Source: Penicillus capitatus (lineage: Eukaryota > Plantae > Chlorophyta). Taken from it: a stretch of DNA of 64,000 bases. The stretch covers positions 1,379,949 to 1,443,948 of the forward strand of contig OZ287698.1 in NCBI GenBank assembly GCA_965649825.1. The letters are read 5' to 3'. The position numbers were made by a program, and so were the translations under genes. Below the pieces are notes generated by a model that was not told the origin of the DNA, ran no database searches, and saw nothing but the letters and a program-made list of their open reading frames with translations. Below are positions 1 through 10,575 of the stretch, piece after piece (the first letter of the stretch is position 1; the number at the start of each line of letters is the position of its first letter).

Positions 1-1711
1 GGATGCGATTGCGCACTTCTGCCCAAGTTGACTCATTGATGTCAGCGTCGTGCAATGCCTGTTGTCCGTTAGCAGATTTCATCAGCCAACTCAATGCCAG
101 ACGAAGCCAGGTTCCTTCGTCATCATCGTGACGCAGAAAAAGATCAACAAGCGTGCAGGCTTCATCGATTTTGGGGTGCTTCGTCCATCCGAGGATCATC
201 TCCACAGAACAGGATTTCTGAAGCGGCATACAGAAATGCTCTCCATTCTTAAGTGCCAAGTTCAACAGGCAGGGAAAAACGCAAAAATCAGCAATGTTGT
301 GACAGTAATGAGTAAAGGATTCAAGTTCAGAAGACAGATCTTTTGACCCTTGTCTTATATGTGCCAAATCTAGATAAGGAGGCGTAAAGAGAAACAAACT
401 TCCAAGCGACTGAAACACGTCGACATTAAGATTTGAAGCAGGTACAAATGCGACTTCGTCAGAGAAGAAAACACTAAAAAGTAAAAGGCGCTCAAATTGC
501 CATGCCTTCTTTATATCGCTCCCAGGCTGAAAATCTGTGATGCGCCTATAACAGGTTTCAAAAAAACTGTGTGGTAATGGATGATTAATTGTGCGAGCAC
601 AGGAAGACACAAAGGCATAGAAATCCCCAACAGTGAATGCAGTGAGATCTTTAAGAAGAAAAGAAGCTTCAAAAAAATAACTAAGGATGTCAAGTATGAG
701 AGGACCGTTTTTGATCTCCTTCTTTAGTAAACTGAAACGCAAGGCTTTAAACAACTCGTCATTGTTCGAAAGAAAGATAGTGTTAAAGATTTTGCTATGT
801 AACTGAGATTCGGCGAAAGCAGAAGATGCGTCATAAGCACGTGAGAGGCCCGAGATCAAGTTGGCCACATCATTAGGAAACAACAATGATTTTAATGCAT
901 CAACGATCAGATCGTCGGGTCTCTTTCTTGGACCGATGGTGCAGTAACAGTCACGATCTTGTCTTTCATCACTCCATGTCAGCTCCGTCATTTCCTGCAC
1001 GGAGATCTCTAGACATGACTGACGAGGAAACTGGTCTGTGGAAATGGGATTAATGACCAAGGGATTCAGGAAAAGAGCAAGAAGCTCATCAGAGCGAACA
1101 ATTCTTCCAAGGGCTTTCTGAACCACGTCATGCTCTCCGGAGTCACTTGACGAGCCCTGTTGCGTCATGTGCGTTCGCATTTCGTACAATGCCATTTCGA
1201 TGAGACTCACAATGGCATCTATCTCCTGCCCCGTACACAGCGGGACGGGCAGGAGATCCAATAAGATACCCAAATCCGGCTGCTCTCTGCAGTATGTGCA
1301 GTGCGTTTCGCGTTTATTGAATTTTCCTTTTGTCACATCGGCGACGCGAAGCTTTGATGCATCGTACTGTCGCGAAAAGAGAATAACGTTCCAAAAATCG
1401 CGTTGCGTCTCCGCATCCGTTTGTCGTACGAACCATTCGAGAAGACGTGCCAGTGGCCCGCACAACTCCCCCTTTTGTTCAAGCACTCCAACGGCGTAAG
1501 CGTAGACGACGCAGCGCAAAAGGGCCTTGGATCCGTTCTCTGTGAGTTCAGTTTTGTCTGCCTCGACGGAGTGATGCTCAAGGAAAGAGTTGATGCAGTT
1601 GCGCGCGTCGCTGAGCGAATCTCGTTCTAGACGTCCTTCAATGGAAGACTCCTCCAGTGCTTTCTGGAGAACGTCGAGTTCCCGCCACTTTTGTCTTGAT
1701 AGACGCGACAT
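1..1711 (-). CDS. Intronless protein of unknown function, at least 570 aa, running off the left edge of the window
   Basis: Manual translation gives an uninterrupted frame from ATG 1711 (MSRLSRQKWRELDVLQKALEE...) to position 1. It is absent from the ORF track because no stop lies in the window. No motif recognised; the start is uncertain. Confidence 0.8.
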   Translation of the reverse strand, partial: MSRLSRQKWRELDVLQKALEESSIEGRLERDSLSDARNCINSFLEHHSVEADKTELTENGSKALLRCVVYAYAVGVLEQKGELCGPLARLLEWFVRQTDAETQRDFWNVILFSRQYDASKLRVADVTKGKFNKRETHCTYCREQPDLGILLDLLPVPLCTGQEIDAIVSLIEMALYEMRTHMTQQGSSSDSGEHDVVQKALGRIVRSDELLALFLNPLVINPISTDQFPRQSCLEISVQEMTELTWSDERQDRDCYCTIGPRKRPDDLIVDALKSLLFPNDVANLISGLSRAYDASSAFAESQLHSKIFNTIFLSNNDELFKALRFSLLKKEIKNGPLILDILSYFFEASFLLKDLTAFTVGDFYAFVSSCARTINHPLPHSFFETCYRRITDFQPGSDIKKAWQFERLLLFSVFFSDEVAFVPASNLNVDVFQSLGSLFLFTPPYLDLAHIRQGSKDLSSELESFTHYCHNIADFCVFPCLLNLALKNGEHFCMPLQKSCSVEMILGWTKHPKIDEACTLVDLFLRHDDDEGTWLRLALSWLMKSANGQQALHDADINESTWAEVRNRI

Positions 1712-2848
1712 CGCAAACCGTTCCTGTTCAGTCCAGAACAAAAAACTCGTTAGACGTTCTAACCATTTGAGTGTCAGCGGCGTTGTCTCGCGTCAGGACT
1801 TCTAAACGGAGAGATTTGTTTTCGCGCGCCGTCCGTTTGGCGAAAGGGATTCGCTCGTTCGTTCATTCACGTGGCGGCGGTGGTTGGTCGCTTACTTGTA
1901 GAACTTCAGAAGTTGAAAACAGCGAAGACGTTCAAGCAAGCGACAGCGTTATGGACGAAAAGAGGAGGAGAGGAGAGACCGCGTGCTTGTTGTCAAGCTT
2001 TGAAGACGGTGTCGCGATGTCCAAGCTTAAAAGGGTTCCCCGAAAAGGGGCGCTGGTTACAAAAAAGGGGCAAATACCTGTCAGTGTTCTACAAGCAACT
2101 CTTCTTACTCTATTAGTCGCTGGCAATGACACGCGACACTGACCCTACCCGCAAGAATAATGCAGGGAATGAAAAACGTTTCAGCAGACCGCATTTGGCG
2201 GAACGAGTCTCTCTTGACTCCATCGGTGCCTTGTACTTAGCGCCGCATATATCGTAGCTCGCAGCCACACTGAACCAGCGGCGACCCTGTAGCAGTAGTC
2301 TTCGCCGTGCAGTAGTAACGATGGCATTGGTGGTTTCCCATACGTAATGCGCCTCCTCGACAGTATGTCGCTGGCCTCGGTCAAATCGGCGCTCTCTTCG
2401 AACGTTGTCTGGCCGCAGGTCGAAGCATATGAGCTCTCTGACGTGGCAGCGCATTTGAGATATCATTTTCTATAGGGAACAGCAAGCACGCCTTCAAGCA
2501 TAAGAAAGAACCAACAACCATGTGCAGCATTCGTGAAACAATCAGCCGATTCTCTTTTATTTCCCTGTTTATAACTTGAATGGCAGTGCCATCGCACCAC
2601 TGTCGGATGCCGGAATCCTACGAGTGACAAAGGAATAAACTCCCAAACAAAAAATGGAGTTTGCCGTTCGATGTTCTCTCTACACATGCCAACAGTTTGC
2701 GTCCAACTAATTCCTGTGTTGTTGTAACGGTTGTTACTCATCGAATGTTCTATGTCATCCAAGGCTGCTCATCAAGAGATACTTCCAGACATTCAACGAG
2801 CGCGATTACAGGGACTTTTTGTACGAGGATGCATTTGAACTCTCTCGG

Positions 2849-5800
2849 CTATTTTCCTCCTATCTGTCGATGAAGTGTCTGCACAAAATCCAGATAGCCA
2901 CCCATCGAATGTTTTCGATCTTCGATCAGGAAGGACCACAGATGCTGCTCTTGTTCTGTTCCCAACTGTAAGAGAATAATTGGCTGGTATCCTTTTCGTC
3001 TCTCACGGATGTTTCTAATAAGAGCACAGACTCTCTGTGAAAGCTCATTCTGCTGAGCCGGTTCCACTCTCAGACTGTGGAGAGGCTGCGTCTTGAGCGA
3101 CTGGGGCGGCACACCTGTCAACTTCGATAGAAATTCCAGAGGCACAGAGCCGCCGAACAATAGGAAAATGAGCTGTGATGTGTCCAGCAGGTAGACCCCG
3201 TTAGCTTGCAAAGACTCGTACGAACAAGGCAGCACAGAAGGCAACTCCACCTGAACTGAATCGTTGCATAGAGTGAAGCAATTGACAGCAAATGCACCTC
3301 TTTGTTCTTGGGCATCTTTTCGATGTCTGTAATGTGATAGAGGGTCGGCGAGAGGAGATGTAAGATCCTGTCTATGGTGGAAGCCATGAGCTCAAATCCA
3401 CTTGCAACACGCTCATCGGTCGGCACTTCTGGTCCAGGACCACGAATTGCATGGCATTTTAAGAGGGCCAGAATCCAAAGTGGCAGGTACCGCAGGGTTT
3501 CGGGGAAAATGAGTTGATTTCCACCCCGGAAACTCCTCGAATGCATAATCCTAGACCGATTGATAGCGCTCTTGTACAGAGAGAAGGTAAGAACAGGACG
3601 ATGACCTGTATTCACGTAATCCGGCAATCAGCTTTCCCTCGATCGATTTTTGCACAGCGGAGATTCTTGAACTGTATGTCCTGTCCACCTCAAACTTTGA
3701 CAGAAACGAGATGATGGCAGCAGCATCAGCTCCACGATACAGATCTGGTAGATCATGTGTTACAGGGAATTGCAGAGTGTGGACCCTGTAAGAACATCTG
3801 TCTCTGAGTGATGCATCGTATGGAGGTGCAAACCTGATGCGCCGTTCGCCTGAGGAAGATGTATAGAGCAAGGCACACTGCAGACAGGCTTCATTGCCGT
3901 CCAAAACCATCTCATCGTGCTTTATCTCAACAGCAAATGCCTTGTCTGGATCGCACGTCGGCAAAGACAGCAGATCTGAGGAACGGATAAAGAAATGTCC
4001 ACAGAAAGAGGTGATGTTCAGTCCTGTCGGTCATGACGTAATGCTCACCAAAGAAGGACTAGGTCTATACCTTTGCTGCAGCGTAGTCGCATAACACCTT
4101 CCCATGCTGTATATCGTGTGAGATTTCGCGTAATGTCGTGATGCAATCTGCCCCCGTCTCGTTTCATGATGAAGCCTGGATATCGATAGAGCTGCCAGCA
4201 GACGCATAACGTCACGTCGTTTGTCGATAGAGATATGAGGGTTTGCCTGTCCTCCGGTGTATCTGGGAAGGCAAACGATGGAAGCGAGATCTGTGTATTG
4301 TCCACAGAAAGAGAAGACATCGATGGAGATCTGCACACGACTGCACTCTGCGGCAAATCTCTTGTAGAAGGTATCTTCAGGATTCCTCAGACTGTGTTCT
4401 CTAATGCAGCAGAAAATGAAAAGCTAAGCATTATGGCGAAAAAATGGAGATCACCTGTCTGTATTGTAAACAGCGGCGTTTTCTCTGTTGCGAACGGCGG
4501 CCATTCCGAGGGATGGAGGAGAAGAGAGAAAGAGCTCCATTTTTCCGCCTGTGCTGTTAAGGATCAGAAATGCTGCCTAGAACAATCGACATTGACGCAG
4601 CTTCGGTATGCTTCAGAAAATCACTTGCAGAGCAGCCCCCATGGCGGATTGCTGGTTGTGGTCACTAGCAGAGGCAAAATTCGAAGGCCACGAATCCAGA
4701 AAAGCCTCAATCTTGCTGCGCGCCTCGTCCAACGTCACCAACAGATCATCCGGCTGCGGAAGAAATGGATCATCGATCTCCGGTACCACCAGCATCTTTG
4801 CGTTATCAGATGACTTAAGGTTGTAGAAATGCAAAGTCCTGAAATCACGACAGCAATGACAGAAGGCAACAGAATACGAAAGAACCTGTCAAACGTGAGA
4901 AATCCGATCTTCTTACGATCGTCCCCCTGAATCTTGTCTAACGACTGACGGATAGCTCTAGAGAGAGATGTAAGAACTTCTGAAGACATCTGAGCGACAG
5001 AGACATCCACCACGAAGAGATACACAGCTGGCATTGGTGCTCGGACCTATACAGTATTCCATGTCGTTCGTTCTTTCTGACCTGCTTCAGAATTGTTACC
5101 ATGTATTCTGGAGGCGCGACGTATTCCACGGTACCCTGAGACAGCTCTGGTCTTACGTCTGCATCTCGTCGTGTGCCATCGTCGTTGATCGTGCAAAAGA
5201 ATTCGCGTGGTGTATCCGTCAAGCAGTTGCAGATGTTGCATTTCCATCTGCGTCCTCCATCCACCCATGTCACGAACGGATTGATATATGCTCGGCATCG
5301 ACGACAGCGAAGAATGCCATGCCCCTCCAGCTTGATCACAGGTACATTTCGCTTTTTCTTTCCCTCTGCCAAAGGCTGGATGATCGCGCCGTAGGGTAGC
5401 TGAAAACGTTCCCTAAGCGATCCAGACCGAGGGGCATAGACCGTCGTCATTCTGAGAAAGGAGTGATGCGCGTTTTGCGGGTACGTATCAAGCGGCGGTT
5501 CTGGAGTGATGCCGTTCGGTCGAGGAAGAGATCCTACGTTAGCAATGCCGTCCTGCACTCCTGGTGCCGAAGGAGCAAGCGCGAGAGATTCAAATTTATC
5601 CAACACTTCCTGTCCTGCGCCCTGACATCCATTCACGATGCATACATATCACACGTAGCATTGAAGGATAGACATACGCTCGTAGGGCCAGGAAATGGAG
5701 CAGCAGGGAACGGTGTGTGTCCATGTCCGGTGGATGGCATCGGTGGGGGCGATGGTGCCGGACGAGCAAAGTTCGATGTCATTGTAGTGGGATACATGGG

Positions 5801-6254
5801 CTGAACGTGACCCGGTGGACGTATCCCTCCTCCACCAATCGGTGGCCCATGCGACATGGGAGTAGGAAATGGCGCTGCTGCTGTTGGCTGTAGCGGCTGA
5901 GGTGGTGGCCGAGAGAGATTCGGCTGCGGAGGGCCAAAGGGTGGACGAGGAACAAAGTTCTGCAGCGTAGGCGGCTGTGGTGGCCGCTGTGGAGGTGTGG
6001 GGGTTCTCGGGCCGGGAGCCAATACCATTCCTGAACACACATACCATCTATACACACCTCTTAACTCCTCTGCCTAAGAACCTGGCATCGGAGGACCTCG
6101 TGGAGTCGGAATCGTCGCTTCAGGACGTCCCGAGCTGACCCATGGCGCTGGAAGTGAACCAGTACCCCAATGCGTCGTTTCGGATCAAACGCGTACCTCG
6201 TGGTATTGTTGGCTGTGGTCTCCAGTTCGTCTGCGTCTGTCTCGAGTCCGCCAT
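2849..6254 (-). CDS. SEC24: COPII coat subunit Sec24 (multi-exon)
   Basis: Pro-rich N-terminus, Zn finger (RCRRCRAYINPF...WKCNIC), VWA trunk (PAVYLFVVDVS, IGFLTFD, LHFYNL), beta-sandwich, helical and gelsolin domains. GT-AG introns of 47-56 nt restore the frame, e.g. YM|VRAPMP and FDR|TLHFY. Confidence 0.96.
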
Positions 6255-6413
6255 CGATTTCTTCAATCGCGTTGGGAGAATGGCAAACGTCAGTCAGCGC
6301 TTCAATGATCTCCGTTTAATGCTCGACATTCGATCGTTGCTAACGTGTATCCCCCTTCATTTTTCGATGCAGCGGATTCGGCAGTGGATTGACCAGCACA
6401 CAAGCCCGCGTAA

Positions 6414-6699
6414 GATGGAGAAGGATGATCCTTTGCCATTCACGCGCCCGAAAACCGATTCCGACTCGGACGGAGAAGAGGAAGCGGCGGAGGATCCGTT
6501 CACAAACGAACACTTCGAGTCTGACCTACTGGACGGCGCGAGAACGACTTTGGAATTCGGGAAAAATGATGAAGAAGGCGGCTGGGGTCTGCACGGATAT
6601 TGCGAGGTACAGAAGAAGGGTCGCGTCGAACCGTGCGAGTGGCGCGTAGCAAGGATGAAAGAGACGCAGAGATACCCCTCTTGCCGAATCCGTTTCTGA
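6414..6699 (+). CDS. Possible small acidic protein of unknown function; 3' end uncertain
   Basis: ORF MEKDDPLPFTRPKTDSDSDGEEEAAEDPF... lies between SEC24 and GLX2 and carries a candidate intron at GAG|GTACAG. No homology recognised. Confidence 0.3.
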
Positions 6700-6740
6700 A
6701 ACAGGCAAGAGAAGAAATGTGCCGGCAACTTGAATGCGGT

Positions 6741-7890
6741 TTAAAAAGAGTCTTTTGATTTTCTCAACTTCGCAAATTCGTCGACGTTCGCAGCACGAAG
6801 AAAGGGATTTGTTGCCAATTCCACTGCCATGGAGGCTGGCACAGTCGGCACGCCCTGTGACAGCGACGTGTCCAGTGATGTGACGGGCGGGGCAATAGTT
6901 ACCTCTCTGCGCATTTGATCGACTTTGGATTTGCGTTCTCTGAGCTCAGCATTGTCCGGTTCTTCTGTGATGGCCCATCTCGCATTGGCCTGTGTGTACT
7001 CGTGCCCACAATAGACGACGGTCTCAGGCGGCAGAGCCTTGAGCTTGGACAGCGATGTGTACATTTGCTTTGGACTGCCTTCGAAAAGACGTCCACATCC
7101 CATCATAAACAATGTATCTCCTGATCACTCTTTCATCTCACACAGTTTCTCACACTTTTGAACATGCCTGTGAAGACAGAAGCAGCTGCGGGGAAGTACA
7201 GGGCGATGTGCCCTTTGGTGTGACCCGGCGTGTCGAATACGCGCATCTTGAGCTCTCCAAAATCCCATTCGTCCCCATCCTTTAACGCCACGTCAATGCC
7301 CGGAATACGATCGCGATCGGCAGAAGGTCCAACCACCGTCGCATTGTATTTCCTTTTCAGTTCCAGATTGCCGCCGGTGTGATCCCAATGATGATGCGTG
7401 TTCAACACGTAGTCCAGTTCATAGCCTCTACATAGATGCATGGGCGCATCTGCCTTTAGAATTCAGATCGGACAGAAGAGTGATGTGACTTTTGGGCGAG
7501 AGCATTCACAACGGGTCCTGTTTCGGATGGATCCACAATGGCAGTGAGGTTGGTCTTAGGCTCATGAATCAGCCAGGCATAGTTATCGCTGAGACATGGC
7601 ACACGTGAGACCTCAAGTGGAGATGTCTCTGTCGTCAGAGTGGAGATCGACATCGAAGCATGTGCGCACGGTTTTAACGCAAAGTAGACTCTCGTGAGCT
7701 GTCGTTCGAAATATGATCTTCGCAAACGGGCACCTGCCGCTTGTGTGTTTAGAAGAATGTCCTACCGCATCCACCGTTGTGCAGGCAATGTTCTCTCGTT
7801 GAGTGGCGTTCGGCGTCGAGCTCTGTTCTGAGTGAGGTGCAGAGACGACGATGCAAAAAGACGCGAAGTGCGCAAAGCAACCACCGTCAT
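6741..7890 (-). CDS. GLX2: Hydroxyacylglutathione hydrolase (glyoxalase II) with organellar transit peptide
   Basis: Motifs [43 protein letters not shown] and ELATNPFLR. Four introns, one of them GC-AG (7121-7167). Confidence 0.95.
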
Positions 7891-7953
7891 CTGTCCTGTC
7901 TAAATCGCGTACAGGTCGAAAGCGAAACGGTCTAGGTCACCGACAAGTCGAGT

Positions 7954-8911
7954 TCAGTCGACGACAAGACGGCATTGCTCTTGATCTAAAATGGACAGGC
8001 GGTCTTTGCTGACGGCCGCCTGCGCCAAAAGCCATTGTATGAATCTTCGAGCGTGCGATGGAAGATTCGGATGTTCATGCTGGATGCACTTTTGGATGAG
8101 ATCTCGAGGGTGATGGCCTCGATCATCTATATGCTCTGATCTAGAGGACAGGCACGGCACATTCGGGTTTGTTCGGATTTGCGGCGCTGGGCGAATTTGA
8201 CATGAGGCTTCGCATCAGTCCTTTCAGCAACGATGGTCTGATGCCGTCTTTCCTATCTGCCTCGAGATGCATTCCTAAGGGAGGCGACATCCGCAATCTA
8301 TGTCGGGGTAGCGGCGTAATTGCTTAGCGGAAGTTCCTTCTTCACGACGAACTACGTGTCGGATGCCCCGTGGTTAAGGTAATCAGAGCTTCCCTTAGGC
8401 GTGGCTCATGACTACACTCTTTTGACTCTTAATGGAGTTCTATGGGATGAGCGAGTCAATGCTCAAAGCACTGCCGGTTTGTATCAGAGAGTTCAAAGGG
8501 CAATACTCTACGGAGAGTACGGAAACACAACGAAGCCAATACCCAGAACATAGCTATTCGCAATCTCTACGCCGACCGCATGAGAACGCCCCAAAACGCA
8601 ATCCCTCGTCTTTGCCTATCAAGTCTCTCTACTTACTTCTGCGATGCGGATGATATCTAACAGAAAACTGTAGAAAGCATCTGGACTGGCATCGTACTCC
8701 GTTTGGTGCAGCGAATATCAACCAGGCCTCGACTGCGACATCATCCCTGCGATACCTGCCTGCATGACATGATTGACAACGCTCTTTCAGGCCTGTCCGT
8801 CTTCATGGGCGATCGATTATCCCGTTCAGAACCCATCGAGTATCGCTGACGCCATCTATCCTCCCCACAATACACAGCATTGCATCGACGTCGTGCGCAT
8901 GTTTTTGCCAT
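7954..8911 (-). CDS. Tentative multi-exon gene of unknown function
   Basis: A chain of phase-compatible exons and 51-70 nt GT-AG introns can be built (e.g. IAE|RLRIAMFWVLASLCFRTLRR|NSIK). No homology; both ends uncertain. Confidence 0.3.
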
Positions 8912-9069
8912 ACTTGCGTCCAAGATGAATAACACTGTTCCGATGTCGTCGACTATGAAACGTTGACGTCGCGTTGCCTTGCGCATTGTTCATTGCATCG
9001 TTTCTTTTTCGATATGACGTGACACCTCTATCTTATCGACTCGAGAATCCGAGGTCCATCATAGCTGAC

Positions 9070-10076
9070 ATGACGCGTTTCGTGCTGCTCTTTCTTGTGA
9101 GCTCTCTGCTCGTTAGCCCAGCGTTATCGCATGCCTTAAGCCAACAAACACGCAACAGCGACGTTTCGCGACTCGAAAAACTGTCGTTGCCGTTTCGTCT
9201 TCATCGCCGTCGAAGGGGGCAGCATGTCGTTGAGAATCTCGTGGATTTTTTGGCCTCTCGCCGCGGCCTGATGTTCCTAGCGAGTCAAATCGAAACGCTG
9301 TGGTATCAGGAACTGCTCGAGACGCAGTATGGTCGCAGATCCATGTGCGTCAATATCCAGAACGCCGAGGCAAGGAAGAACGGTTTGACAGAAAAAGAGC
9401 AGAAACTCAAAAACTGTCTCTGTCGTTTCTACATGCCCTTTCTGCACTGTCTGGCCATCAGCAGTCAAGTAATTCCGTCGATCCGACACCACTGCCGCCG
9501 CCACTGTCTTACCTAGTTACTGCGCGAGGCTGGACTCTTGAACGGAGAAGATCTAAACATCAACTTGTCTGAACAAACTCTGTCGAATAAAGGCAAGCCG
9601 ATGGAGACGTCTACTCTCAACCAAACCCTAGACAACAACTCTGTGAAGCCGCTTGCGACGAAGGAGGACAGATCAGACTGTATTCCCAGATTCGATAAGA
9701 CGGATGACGGCGTCGTCTTTGGAGGACATTGCACTGTCCCCATTGCAGGTCTCATGACCATCGAGGTAAGAGGCACCATTGGCGTCGTGCACGATGCGAT
9801 CGACTGCTCGTTTAGTTCGAACAGAGATTGGCGATGGGACACGATGAAATCTATTTCTATGATGCTCCTGACTGTAAGATCTGTGCTCAGCCGGCAGGTG
9901 GTGTATGCCAACCTCTGTGCAAGGATTTCGTTGAGCTTGTGGAGCAGCTGGTCGATAACGCTTCGGCAAGACTCGAGACCAAAGTCTGCCTCAATTTTAG
10001 TAAGGTGGGAGAAGTCTTTTCCACGATCTTCGGCGTGGACGGCTGCTTCACTGAGATTGATGCCGATCTCTTGTAA
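9070..10076 (+). CDS. Secreted protein of unknown function with Cys-rich segments
   Basis: Signal peptide MTRFVLLFLVSSLLVSPALS. Two GT-AG introns (48 and 50 nt) join three ORF pieces, ending in ...DCKICAQPAGGVCQPLCKDF...DGCFTEIDADLL. Confidence 0.7.
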
Positions 10077-10575
10077 GCACACAGCCGCCACATGCCTTTT
10101 CTTATCTGCCTTGTTGCACAGCTTCTACCAGAGATTGCTGCACCTCAATTTCAACGCCGGCATGACGAACTGGCGACTGGTCTCCGAGTTGAAACAGAAA
10201 CTTGAAGATGGTCCGAAGTGTTCCTGTCAGCTGGAAACATTCCGATGCATCGATTCCTGCATGATGAAGAAAGATGACGTGGTTGGAGTCATCGGTATCG
10301 AATGGGATTTCTTCTTTGGAAAGGGCTCTTACAAACGAGAGTTCTATAAACCACGAGATTGTTACTCCAAACACATTCACAGGGTACCCGAGTGCCCAAC
10401 CAAATCGCCGTCCCCTTCTGCTGTGGTGCGCTGAGTCGATGGATGGGGTGGTGTCCTTCAGTAGGGGGGTTGACAATGGTTCAACGTTCAGTCAATAGAT
10501 GTTTGTCAGCATTTAATCTCTCTCTACAGCAAGCTGGTTCATTGGGTGTATGAATTCTCGCTAGAATGCATTTAT

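Noticed and set aside
1871-2142. Short basic plus-strand ORFs resembling a ribosomal protein
   Set aside because: No convincing family motif and no supported splice model.
4235-4813. Long antisense or alternate-frame ORFs, also 9513-10091, 42544-43383 and 54957-55493
   Set aside because: They lie on or opposite well-supported exons, have no motifs, and are expected shadows in ~50% GC coding DNA.
10102-10476. 124-aa minus-strand ORF between the secreted gene and the TTLL gene
   Set aside because: No motif or splice support; it likely falls in overlapping 3' UTRs.
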